Of a stretch of 64,000 nucleotides of DNA, positions 25,680 through 37,071 are shown piece after piece (within the stretch, counting starts at the first letter, position 1; every line of letters begins with the position of its first letter). Under the pieces are notes generated by a model. That model saw nothing but the letters and a program-made list of their open reading frames with translations, was not told the origin of the DNA and ran no database searches. The translations under genes and the position numbers were made by a program. This stretch comes from Macrostomum lignano (Eukaryota): positions 248,001 to 312,000 of the forward strand of contig NIVC01000646.1 of assembly GCA_002269645.1 (NCBI GenBank), read 5' to 3'.

Positions 25680-26101
25680 TTACAGCAAGTCAATTGGAGT
25701 AAAAAGTTATGACATATTCAATTTCTCGGTCAGCCAGTATCAGTCCCAATTTAAGTTAGCAATATGGTTACGCAATTTCTATCAAGTAGTGTGTGCATTT
25801 CTTTGACACTGTTTTCAACTTTTTGTGATGCAATCTTTATCACAATTGAAATTCAGTCAGTCAGTTTTTTCTCTCGCATTTTTACAATGCCTTTCAAGTT
25901 GAAAGAGCTGCTTGACCTTTGCAAAAAAGCATGTTTTTCGAATATTTAATCCCTTTAAAATTGAGCAATTTCTTAGCCAAGATGCATGTACCGTCCCAGG
26001 AAAATTTCTGATCGAATGGTGCAAGTTTGAAGAAAATCGGTTAAGCCGTTTTTTCTGAAATCCATCTCACAGAGACACACATTTCATTTTTAGTATATAG
26101 G
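25680..26101 (+). mobile_element. Helentron/DINE-1-like non-autonomous element, 3' part
   Basis: Ends GTGCAAGTTTGAAGAAAATCGGTTAAGCCGTTT...ACAGAGACACAC...TTTTAGTATATAG, typical of DINE/HINE-like ends. Shares blocks with 29200-29482. Confidence 0.5.
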
Positions 26102-27836
26102 ACTAGCCATTAGCCCCCCGCTGGGGGGCCTTATAAATGACACCAAGTGGTTTTTATTTTGGTCCAATGGTAACCATAATTACCATTTCCATTAATCAAA
26201 AATTACTTTTTCTCATTTTTGCAAAAGCAAAAACTTATCGGCCAAAAGTTTCCATCCGCCCAAAACCCTTTTTTTATTAGCACAAGGTGCTTATCTTTTG
26301 AAGCACAAACTCAGCACCACTCACCTTAACAACACTTTTCCAAGATTAACACCGCTGCTCAGATTAGCAACGCTCCTCAGATTAGCACTATTTACCCCCC
26401 CCCCCCCAGATTAGCACCGCTCCTCAGATTAGCACTACTTCCCCCCCAGATTAGCACCGCTCCTCAGATTAGCAACGCTCCTCAGATTAGCACTATTCCC
26501 CCCAGATTAGCACCGCTCCTCAGATTAGCACTACTTCCCCCCAGCTTAGCACCGCTACTCAGATTAGCAATGCTCCTCAGATTAGCACTACTTCCTCCCA
26601 GATTAGAACCGCTTCTCAGATTAGCAACGCTCCTCAGATTAGCACTACTTCCACCCAGATTAGCACTGCTCCTCAAATTAGCACTACTTCCCCCCAGATT
26701 AGCACCGCTCCTCAGATTAGCACTACTTCCCTCTAGATTAGCACCCCTACCCCTAAATTAGCACTCCAGATTAGCAACGCTCCTCAGATTAGCAACGCTC
26801 CTCAGATTAGCACTACTTCCCCCAGATTAGCACTACTCCACAGATTAGCACTACTTCCCCCCAGATTAGCAACGCTCCTCAGATTAGCAACGCTACTCAG
26901 ATTAGCAACGCTCCTCAGATTAGCAACGCTCCTCAGATTAGCAACGCTCCTCAGATTAGCAACGCTCCTCAGATTAGCAACGCTCCTCAGATTAGCACTA
27001 CTTCCCCCCCAGATTAGCACTACTCCTCAGATTAGCACTACTTCCCCCAGATTAGCAACGCTCCTCAGATTAGCAACGCTCCTCAGATTAGCACTACTTC
27101 CCCTAGATTAGCACCCCTACCCCTAAGTTAGCACTCCAGATTAGCAACGCTCCTCAGATTAGCACTACTTCCCCCTAGATTAGCACCCCTACCCCTAAAT
27201 TAGCACTCCAGATTAGCAACGCTCCTCAGATTAGCACTACTTCCCCCAAGATTAGCACTACTTCCCCCCCCCCAGATTAGCACTTCTCCCCCCAGATTAG
27301 CATCGCTCCTCAGATTAGCACTACTCTCGCCCAGATTAGCACCCCTACCCCTAAATTAGCACTCCACCCAGATTAGCAACACTTTACAAGACTTTGTCAG
27401 TAATGGTCTCTGAAAATTAGCGCATACAATAGACTTGCACTGCATGCTGTAGAAGATTAATGCAGTCTCAGAATAATATAACTAAATGAACATTTCGAAA
27501 AATCTGCGTCAATCTGCATTGGAGGTGACATCAATGTTGTCACAAGTTATGGGGATAAATTTTCTACTTCAATGCAGACTCGAATTGCCCACCATCTGCT
27601 TTGCCTCTACAACGCGGCTATTTTCGAAGAGAAGCCTTTACTGCTCCCTTGAGAATTCTCATTCATCCCCCCAGCATTCTGCAGTTCTCCAAGCAAATAT
27701 TTGAATTTTTAAAGTAAAATCCTTGAAGAATTTTGCAAGTTTAGAAAAAAACGCGATCAAATTTGGTTGAGGCATTCAGTATTAAATGCGTCATTCACAA
27801 ACAGACAAACAAAGGTAGGACTTTTAGTATATTAGA
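26102..27836 (+). mobile_element. Helentron/DINE-like unit carrying an internal tandem array
   Basis: Starts ACTAG followed by the hairpin GCCCCCC-GCT-GGGGGGC (26113-26129), contains the CAGATTAGCA array, and ends ACAGACAAAC...TTTTAGTATATTAGA. The boundaries are inferred. Confidence 0.45.
26340..27385. repeat. 18/21-bp composite minisatellite
   Basis: CAGATTAGCAACGCTCCT and CAGATTAGCACTACTTCCCCC units interspersed. Confidence 0.93.
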
Positions 27837-27849
27837 AAATTATATATTA

Positions 27850-28250
27850 GCACTATTTCCCCAGATTAGCACCACTCCCCGGATTAGCACCATTCCCCCA
27901 AAAGTAGCACCACTTCCTTAGATTAGCACCACTCCCCCAGATTAGCACTACTTCCTCCAGATTAGCACCACTCCCCCAGATTAGCACTATTAGCACCACT
28001 CCCCAAAAATTACCACCACTCCCCCAGATCAGCACCACCCCCAGATTAGCACCACTCCCCAAAAATTAGCAGAACTTCCCAAAAATTAGCACAGTTTTAT
28101 ACAAAATTAGCACCGCTCCCCCAGATTAGCACCGCTCCTCAGATTAGCATTACTGAGCCCCCAGACTTCCCCCCCCCCAGATTAGCACCACTACCCCTAA
28201 TAATTAGCACTCCTCCAGATTAGCACCACTCCTCCAGATTAGTAATGCTC
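27850..28250. repeat. Second CAGATTAGCACC array followed by a duplicate of the 27380-27700 flank
   Basis: Related unit; 28250-28500 is a diverged copy of 27390-27690. Confidence 0.88.
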
Positions 28251-28904
28251 TCTGCAAATTAGCACATACTCACAATAGATTGGCACTGATCTAAAAGATT
28301 AATGCAGTCCCAGAATAATATAATTCAATGAAAATTTCTAAATTTCAAAGTTATAGGGATACTTTTCAGCTTCAATGCAGACTCCAATTGCCGACCATCT
28401 GCTTTGCCTCTACAACGCGGCTATTTTCGAAGAGAAGCCTATACTATTCCCTCAAGAATTCTCATTCATCCCCAAGCATTCTGCAGTTCTCTTAGCTGGC
28501 TCCTCAGTCTCAGCAAACTTGCAATGATCCTTTCAACAATTTAAAACATTTCTCAGCATTTAGTACGACTCATTAATCAGTGTTCGATACATATCGGCGG
28601 ACTTTTGCACAACTCAGGATTTAGCTGTGCCTATGCCTTCAGCAGTTTAGCAGCATTGTCTGCATTTTAGCACTTTCATACTTTAAATGGAGCTAGGCAA
28701 CACCCATTGATGAGATCAGCCAGACTTGAAGCAGTTTTACAAATCAACTTTGCTTAGTGGCTTGTGCCGATTAGCAAAAATAATTCATTGCTTTACTTAA
28801 TAAAAAAATTTCCATCGCTATTAATCAATATCAATTGAAAGATGTTCTGATTAGTCCATGCATAAGTTACAAATAAATATAAATTAATTCAAATTTAATT
28901 GTTC

Positions 28905-28976
28905 GCAGCGAGGTGGATTCGAACCTGGGACCTTACGCCTAGCCTAAACCTAGTGCCTACATGCGGCTACTCCGCC
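28905..28976 (-). pseudogene. tRNA-like remnant
   Basis: GGCGGAGTAGCCGCATG...CCCAGGTTCGAATCCACCTCGCTGC has A/B boxes, but the acceptor stem does not pair cleanly. Confidence 0.45.
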
Positions 28977-29199
28977 TATTGATGGAAAGGCGAGAAAATC
29001 AGCCATATAAGCTTCGACACTGCAGTCAAATACATAGCAGTGATAGGCTGCTCAGTGCGCAGGCAGAGCCAATGCACAGTTGAGTGAAATCTATAAATAG
29101 CAATTGTCTATGCAGTCCGCCATTCAGCTAGGGTCAGAGGAATGTACACACAGCCACTGAGCATTTTTTTTCTCCCTTGCACACTGTAGCCAGTATTGA

Positions 29200-29482
29200 A
29201 ACTTAGAGAAAAAAGTTATGGCGCAATCTCAATTGGAGTTTCAATTCAGTCAGTCGAGATTTTGACCTTTTCTAGCCTCCCATTAAAAGCATAGGGAAAA
29301 CTCGTTTTTCGAATATTTAATCCACTTAGCACGGAAGCAAATATTTGAAAATTTTTAGGTACAATCCTTGAAAAATTTTGCAGGTTTAGAAAAAAACGCG
29401 ATCAAATTTGGTTGAGGCATTCAGTATTAAATGTGTCATTCACAAACAGACAAACAAAGGTAGGACTTTTAGTATATTAGAT
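29200..29482 (+). mobile_element. Helentron/DINE-like 3' end
   Basis: About 115 bp nearly identical to 27720-27836, ending TTTTAGTATATTAGAT. Confidence 0.5.
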
Positions 29483-29579
29483 TCGACAAATATATGCGTA
29501 CACATAAATTTATTTAAATAAAATATATTTTTTACAGTTCCGTTAAACGAGTAAAAAATGACCGACTCTAACAGTCAGG

Positions 29580-30593
29580 TCACCTCGGTTCAGCTCGACG
29601 CCGAGGCTGGCAAGTCAGTAGGCTAACAAGTGACCGTCGGAAGGCGGCATAGAAAGTGAGAAAGATGGTCAGGTTACAAAACACTCCCAGGCAAGACCAA
29701 GCAGAGGTGGCATAGTAGAGGCACAGGCCCAGGTGGAACAGACCGTCAGCGTCGAAGAGGCCCAGCTGCGTGGCGGCCAGCACAGTAGCGTAGGGAGCAT
29801 TGAACATAGTGCTGGCCAGCGCAGCTAGCATTAAAACCCTGGTCAGCTGGCCGCGGCGCCGGCCTCTCAACAGGCGGCAGACGCTGTAGGCGCTTAGCAA
29901 CAAATTGAGCGCTACGGGCAGCACGTAAGTTAGAGCGAGTGTTTCGAATATTGCGTAATAGAGGAACTCCTGGCGCCGCTCGATGGCGCACAGCATGTTG
30001 GCCCTGTCGGTCTCGCCATTTGGCGCACCAACAAAAACAAGGCGAGGCGAGGCGGCGGCGGCCAGAGCGCAGAACTCGGCGCCGCTGAGCAGGAGGCCGC
30101 CGCGCAGGTCACTGAGACCGCCGCGTCGAGGTCGTCGAAATGGCCGACAGAGGGCGGCGCAGAGCTCCGCGGAGAGCGTCACCACTGTCCAGTTGGAGAC
30201 GGACTTGCACAGGAAGTAGCCATAGTAGAGGGCCTTGCAGAGCGCGGCACCGCTGTCTAACGGTAGGCCGCCCGACCCAATCAGCTGGGTGATTGCTGCC
30301 AGACAGGAAGCGTGCAGTGAGTCGCTAATCGCCATGGCAACCAGGTACCAGTGGCACGAGTAGCGCATGCCCCGGTGAAGCACGGCCATAACTACTAACA
30401 GGTTGGCAATGCAGCTGAGAACTCCAGTTGCCAGGTAGAGACGAAACTGATGCGGTCTCCAGGACTTCTGCGTGTGATAACAGAGCGGACAGGCGGCAGG
30501 GTCGGCTGGGCAGCTCTGATTGGCTGCTAAGCTCAGGGAGGCGCCCAGCCAATGGGGGCCAAATCTGAAAGTCGAGGTTTTACACAGACACAT
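29580..30593 (-). CDS. Divergent class A (rhodopsin-like) GPCR, probably peptide-receptor-like
   Basis: 337-aa ORF with about 7 hydrophobic segments, TM1 N (IANLLV), TM2 MAISD, conserved TM3 Cys (LCK), TM5 LP, TM6 NAPY and a basic helix 8 (FRRSL). The start codon is uncertain. Confidence 0.85.
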   Translation of the reverse strand: MCLCKTSTFRFGPHWLGASLSLAANQSCPADPAACPLCYHTQKSWRPHQFRLYLATGVLSCIANLLVVMAVLHRGMRYSCHWYLVAMAISDSLHASCLAAITQLIGSGGLPLDSGAALCKALYYGYFLCKSVSNWTVVTLSAELCAALCRPFRRPRRGGLSDLRGGLLLSGAEFCALAAAASPRLVFVGAPNGETDRANMLCAIERRQEFLYYAIFETLALTYVLPVALNLLLSAYSVCRLLRGRRRGQLTRVLMLAALASTMFNAPYATVLAATQLGLFDADGLFHLGLCLYYATSAWSCLGVFCNLTIFLTFYAAFRRSLVSLLTCQPRRRAEPR

Positions 30594-30719
30594 TCTCGTA
30601 ACTCTGCTCAGAAAGACTGCAGAATCGTGCCTAAAATATAAATATTCCCAGGAGGGTTGCGGGTACCTCGTTCACATATCGTTCAACAAGCTGGCTGACG
30701 GAAACTCTGCCTACTCAGC

Positions 30720-31015
30720 TGACCCCTGAGCACATGACTCATGAGCCAATACTGTACGCAGGCACACAGTCAAGCACACGCTCACACAGGGTGTACAGCA
30801 GCCCCTGACTTTCTAATCATCAGGCATGTACACTCTCTGTGCCCTGGGGGTTGGCCCTCGTGGGTGAGTCGCACGACACCTCCAATTTTCGTGCACGAGC
30901 CCCAAACGAAAGCGTTTGAGCGTGGAATCAAACCAGGGGTTGTGGCGCTAGAGTCAGACGCGTTTACCACTGGACATGAGAGGGAGTCTGCGGGCTGTCA
31001 AGTTCTGTGAGAGGG
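30720..31015 (-). mobile_element. tRNA-derived SINE (family B) sharing its core with family A
   Basis: Head TCTCATGTCCAGTGGTAAACG...GGTTTGATTCC; the core CAGGCATGTACACT...GCCCTGGGGGTTGGCCCTC matches the 22.4-kb and 42.6-kb copies. Confidence 0.65.
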
Positions 31016-31454
31016 GCCACGGGCAATCGTGTCAATTTTATTTCAAACAATACTTACCCAGAGTAAAAATCGATAAAATAGGCATTTAGAATGCCGTCCT
31101 CATCGACCGTGCCCACCATTGAATCTCGGGAGTTTTCTGTTTAATCTTCGAAAAATGGGAGTAGAACTTTATGGAATTTTTTCAGGCTACGTAGCTAGTA
31201 GTCACGTACTGGGTAAGCATTGTACTCAATTAGTCTGTCACCTGCTCAATTTCTCACGCTGTCCAGTTTGCTAGCTGTCCACCCAATGGCAAACACGATT
31301 GTGGACGACTTCTGAACTCAAATTATGAGTGTGGGGTCCAAAGATGAATTCGACTAAAATAATATACGAGCTCCTACGTAAACAAAACGTTGTGGGTACT
31401 GAACTTAAAGATATTTGGTGAAGTTCTGTCGTGAAGTCGGCTGGCGCTCCTGTT

Positions 31455-32150
31455 ACGACCCAATACAACCCCAAAAAACACCAACAAAACACCAACAATA
31501 ACACCCAACACAACACCCAACAAAACACCAACAAACACCCAGCACAACCCCAACAAAACACCAACAAAACACCCAACACAACACCCAACACAACACCCAA
31601 CAAAACACCAATAAAACACTTAACACAACACCCAACACAAAACACCAACAAAACACCCAACACAACACCCAACACAACACCCAACAAAACACCAATAAAA
31701 CACTTAACACAACACCCAACACAAAACACCAACAAAACACCCAACACAACACCCAACACAACACCCAACACAACACGCAACAAAATACACAACACAACAC
31801 ACAACACAACACCCAAACAACCCCAACACAACACCCAGAACAACCCCAACACAACACCCAGAATAACCCCAACACAACACCCAAACAACCCCAACACAAC
31901 ACCCAGAACAACCCCAACACAACACCCAGAATAACCCCAACACAACACCAAGAACAACCCCAACACAACACCCAGAACAACCCCAACACAACACCAAGAA
32001 CAACCCCAACACAACACCAAGAACAACCCCAACACAACACCAAGAACAACCCCAACACAACACCAAGAACAACTCCAACACAACACCCAGAACAACCCCA
32101 ACACAACACCCAGGACAACCGCAACAGAGCCAAAACACAACACCCAGCTC
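31455..32150. repeat. CA-rich 24-bp minisatellite
   Basis: CAGAACAACCCCAACACAACACCC repeated; same family as 37580-38097. Confidence 0.93.
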
Positions 32151-32762
32151 AGTTGTCAAGTTGGTTGGCACACCTGTTGTCCAGTTGGCGCTCGAGTGGT
32201 AAAACTCGGGAAAATTCGAATGTGTATTCTAAAAACGTCTGTTTTCTTATTTTTATAACTTTGTCAGCTGAATAAAAAAAGGCAGAATTTTGAAAAACGT
32301 TAGCTTGTTATAATCACTCATTACGAGCTGTTCATTACAGGTGGATCGGATGACGAAGATGGACTTGCACTTTAGTCACAGGGCTTTCGGTACCGCCCAA
32401 ATTAGGGCGGCAGTCGACCCGCAGCTGCAGAATTCATGCCCATTTCGCTGACGATAACTCGTAAACTCTACACTCGAATTTCCTAGAAATGAGTTGGAGG
32501 CTGGTGAATAACGCATGCTACGAGTATAAGAATGCATAGCGCTGCAAGGGGTTTTACCATAGACAAATCTGGGCTAGAAAAATAAAGCAAATTATTGTAA
32601 TACGCTTTTAAATTTTTATTTGTAATTAGAAGTGGGGTAAATATGTAGTTGTTTGTGGGCTGGTAAATTGGCTGGGATTATTGTATTGCAAGTGAACAGT
32701 TCTAAAATTTTCTAATAATTAGAAGCTTGTTCCAGATACTCAAGCCCTTGCTTGCCGACTCC

Positions 32763-33237
32763 CTACATGAGTTCCGCAATTGACTGGGGATCTTCAATGT
32801 AGGACTTGGCCAGCTCCACAACCTTGTTCTTGGCTGCCTCGATCAGCCTCTCGCGCTCCATCTGCGACACTTTCTCCGCCAGCGGCTCAATCCAGGAGGC
32901 GGCGGACCCGCCATCCAGATTGCCGACCTCCGAGTTGAGCTCCGGCGGATCGTCCAGCGTGAACTCGGTGACTGTCAGCTGGCGTTCGACCAGGTCGCCG
33001 TTGAAGCAGAGTCGGAGCACCAGCGGCGGGCAGGTCAGGGTGAATACCGGGTTGGCGCCGAAACAGCAGCTGACTGAGGCATCGCCGTTCACTGACGCTG
33101 TCACGGGTCCGATGGCTAGTGCGATTTTGACAAAGATCTTGCTGTTGTCCTCCACGCGGATCGACAGGCCGTCTTCGTTGTTGCCGGCGTTGTGTACACG
33201 AACGCTGGCGAGGCCGCGGACGTTGCCGTCGTGAAGC
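32763..33237 (-). CDS. TULIP/Grp7-allergen-like lipid-binding protein, last exon
   Basis: Phase-2 acceptor CCACCAG. The splice gives LPLPGNAR-LHDGNVRGLASVR, resembling the Der p 7/Grp7 G-x-A-x-L-x-x-G-x-x-x-GL pattern; ends in an amphipathic helix. Confidence 0.6.
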
Positions 33238-33334
33238 CTGGTGGGGTTGGAGAGAGCAGCGTGCTGAAGGTAATTGTCCATCTGATTTTTATGAGTATAA
33301 ATTCTCCCCAACTCTAAGACCCTACTGCTACCGC

Positions 33335-34890
33335 CACCCTCCCAGATCCTCAGTTGGTGAACAACCCTCCCAGATCCTCAGTTGGTGACCAACCCTCCCA
33401 GATCCTCAGTTGCTGGGCCAGCCCCCTCCCGGATCCTCAGTTGGTGGCCAACCCTCCCAGATCCTCAGTTGGTGACCAACCCTCCCAGATCCTCAGTTGG
33501 TGACCAACCCTCCCAGATTCTCAGTTGCTGGGCCGGCGCCAGCCTCCCAGATTCTCAGTTGCTGGGCCAGCCCCCTCCCGGATCCTCAGTTGGTGGCCAA
33601 CCCTCCCAGATCCTCAGTTGGTGACCAACCCTCCCAGATCCTCAGTTGGTGACCAACCCTCCCAGATCCTCAGTTGGTGACCAACCCTCCCAGATCCTCA
33701 GTTGGTGACCAACCCTCCCAGATCCTCAGTTGGTGGGCCGGCGCCAGCCTCCCAGATCCTCAGTTGCTGGGCCAGCGCCCTCCCGGATCCTCAGTTGGTG
33801 GCCAACCCTCCCAGATCCTCAGTTGGTGACCAACCCTCCCAGATCCTCAGTTGGTGACCAACCCTCCCAGATTCTCAGTTGGTGGGCCGGCGCCAGCCTC
33901 CCAGATCCTCAGTTGCTGGGCCAGCCCCCTCCCGGATCCTCAGTTGGTGGCCAACCCTCCCAGATCCTCAGTTGGTGACCAACCCTCCCAGATCCTCAGT
34001 TGGTGACCAACCCTCCCAGATCCTCAGTTGGTGACCAACCCTCCCAGATCCTCAGTTGGTGACCAAACCTCCCAGATTCTCAGTTTCTGGGCCGGCGCCA
34101 GCCTCCCAGATCCTCAGTTGCTGGGCCAGCGCCCTCCCGGATTCTCAGTTGGTGGCCAACCCTCCCAGATCCTCAGTTGGTGACCAACCCTCCCAGATCC
34201 TCAGTTGGTGACCAACCCTCCCAGATCCTCAGTTGGTGACCAAACCTCCCAGATTCTCAGTTTCTGGGCCGGCGCCAGCCTCCCAGATCCTTAGTTGCTG
34301 GGCCAGCCCCCTCCCGGATCCTCAGTTGGTGACCAACCCTCCCAGATCCTCAGTTGGTGACCAACCCTCCCAGATCCTCAGTTGGTGACCAACCCTCCCA
34401 GATCCTCAGTTGGTGGGCCGGCGCCAGCCTCCCAGATCCTCAGTTGCTGGGCCAGCGCCCTCCCGGATCCTCAGTTGGTGGCCAACCCTCCCAGATCCTC
34501 AGTTGGTGACCAACCCTCCCAGATCCTCAGTTGGTGACCAACCCTCCCAGATCCTCAGTTGGTGACCAACCCTCCCAGATCCTCAGTTGGTGACCAAACC
34601 TCCCAGATTCTCAGTTTATGGGCCGGCGCCAGCCTCCCAGATCCTCAGTTGCTGGGCCAGCGCCCTCCCGGATTCTCAGTTGGTGGCCAACCCTCCCAGA
34701 TCCTCAGTTGGTGACCAACCCTCCCAGATCCTCAGTTGGTGACCAACCCTCCCAGATCCTCAGTTGGTGACCAACCCTCCCAGATCCTCAGTTGGTGGGC
34801 CGGCGCCAGCCTCCCAGATCCTCAGTTGCTGGGCCAGCGCCCTCCCGGATCCTCAGTTGGTGGCCAACCCTCCCAGATCCTCAGTTGCTG
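33335..34890. repeat. 28-bp minisatellite with longer variant units (intronic)
   Basis: ACCAACCCTCCCAGATCCTCAGTTGGTG plus recurring GGCCGGCGCCAGC and GGGCCAGCGCC variants. Confidence 0.95.
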
Positions 34891-35006
34891 AGCGACTGGC
34901 ACGATAGCTGATGCCTACACGTCAGGTCCTCGCCCTTTACCTCCTAGACTCCTGGCCAGACATATTTGGAGCTCCAAAGAGCCAAAAGGAAAGACTTTTG
35001 TTTCAC

Positions 35007-35260
35007 CTTGCATTTCCAGGCAGCGGCAGACAGGCCACCTGAGCGGTGAATGACACGTTAGCCACAGGCGCCTGGATGGGGTCCAGGCCGGCGTCCACAA
35101 TGGCCGAGTTGAGATGCTCGGCCAGACGTTCGACCAGCTGATTAGCTTTCTCCCTGGCCAAGCGCTCGCCGAACTGGCCGGCCACTCGACCGGCCACGTC
35201 CACCGCGACATCCTTGATGTCGGCCACGTCGCGGATGTTGGCCAGCTTTCGCAGCTCGTT
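35007..35260 (-). CDS. TULIP/Grp7-allergen-like protein, upstream exon (5' exons not identified)
   Basis: NELRKLANIRDVADIK...ANQLVERLAEHLNSAIVDAGLDPIQAP...; CACAG acceptor and AG|GTGAAA donor in phase 2. Confidence 0.55.
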
Positions 35261-35959
35261 CTGTGCATGGGTGAAAAGTTAATCGAGAGACGCGCAAATC
35301 AAAGCGTCACTCGACCCAGACATATACGTACGCAGGCTTTCATTGTCAAGCTGTCTAAAAGGTCTTCAACCGCAAATTTTTGCGGTACGAACGAGCAACT
35401 TCGTCTTTGCCCCAAATGGCAAAAATTATTTGCCTACGAGTATTTGTTGGAACTATGGAGTCACAGTCTTGTTGTGGCTACGGCACAAGGCTTTGGTAAT
35501 AAGTGCGAGAGCGACAGGTGCAGGCGCAGGTGAGGCAACATCCAATGAAGTGCTTCATGCTTCATAAAAATCTCCCTTCGAATTGCTTGGAATTCGGAAC
35601 TATTGGTGTTAAATCCTTATAACAAGGAAGAAATGGAGGCACTTCAGTTACAAAATGCTCTGCGGTGAGATAGTCTTATTATTACATTCGTAACTGTGCA
35701 AGGACAAATTTGCAGTCATGTCATACAGTTTATTTCCGTCAAAACTTATTGCTCAAATTTTCTATTTATACGCTCCTACAAGCTATATAGGAGCCATAGC
35801 TATGGACTCCTTTATTCTTTATTAACTCGCAATGTCCCTTTTATGGGCTAGGTTGGGTTACCAAAGTTCACGTGTGGCTCACGAAGCCTCTGTATCGGCC
35901 CTCGGGTCCTTGAAGCTTAGCAGCCGGCCTCGCTCATAATTCTCATGCTTCTCAGATGC

Positions 35960-36420
35960 CTCCTCTCCTCTCCTCTCCTCTCCTCTCCTCTCCTCTCCTC
36001 TCCTCTCCTCTCCTCTCCTCTCCTCTCCTCTCTTCTCCTCTCCTCTCCTCTCCTCTCCTCTCCTCTCCTCTCCTCTCCTCTCCTCTCCTCTCCTCTCCTC
36101 TCCTCTCCTCTCCTCTCCTCTCCTCTCCTCTCCTCTCCTCTCCTCTCCTCTCCTCTTCTCTCCTCTCCTCTCCTCTCCTCTCCTCTCCTCTCTCTCCTCT
36201 CCTCTCCTCTCCTCTCCTCTCCTCTCCTCTCCTCTCCTCTCTCCTCTCCTCTCCTCTCCTCTCCTCTCCTCTCCTCTCCTCTTCTCTCCTCTCCTCTCCT
36301 CTCCTCTCCTCTCCTCTTCTCTCCTCTCCTCTCCTCTCCTCTCCTCTCCTCCTCTCTCCTCTCCTCTCCTCTCCTCTCCTCTCCTCTCCTCTCTCCTCTC
36401 CTCTCCTCTCCTCTCCTCTC
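35960..36420. repeat. (CTCCT)n microsatellite
   Basis: Direct reading. Confidence 0.97.
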
Positions 36421-37071
36421 TGCTCTCCTATCTCCTCTCTTCTTTCGCCTCTCCTTTCTTCTATCCCTCTTTTCTATTGCGTCTGACTCTCTCCCCTCCT
36501 CTTACCCACAGTCATGCTCTATATTCTCTATTTGGCCCTTGAGATAAACTGTTTTTCCGACCCCTGGCCTAAGTTAAGGTCTGCTCTGACGGTTTGGCAC
36601 TCGGGTTTAAAATCATCCAAAATTTGTCAAGCATCAAGCCGAAGTCTCCCACTCACCATTTTCACAGTCTGGCACTGGCTTATGCTGTTTGTGGCCACAA
36701 ATCGAGTGCAAATTTCACGAAAACTTCAGCGGACAGTCTGCCGATATTAAAAAGTATGTATAAGTCTGTGCTGCGCTTGTCTGGGTGGTCTCCGCCCGAC
36801 CTTATCTAGGAGTAAATGGAGCAGTTTCGACTCTCAGAGAGAAAGAGCGGGTTTTCTACAGGTTCTAAAGAAAGGTTGAAATACCTTTTCATTCATTATC
36901 TGTCTTTTTGTATAAGCCGCACTGCGCAGTGTTCGAGGCAAGTTGTTTATGCGCTTGGCAAATATCGGAGGCAGCAGTTAAATTCCAGCCTGGCGACTAT
37001 CAATGGCTCAGTGCTCTCGATTCTGCGCAAGCAACTGCACTGCGCAGCTTTCATCGAAAGTTCGTGCACTC

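Noticed and set aside
25570-28976. Functional tRNA genes at 25570-25633 and 28905-28976
   Set aside because: A/B boxes are present but the acceptor and anticodon stems do not pair; treated as tRNA-derived remnants.
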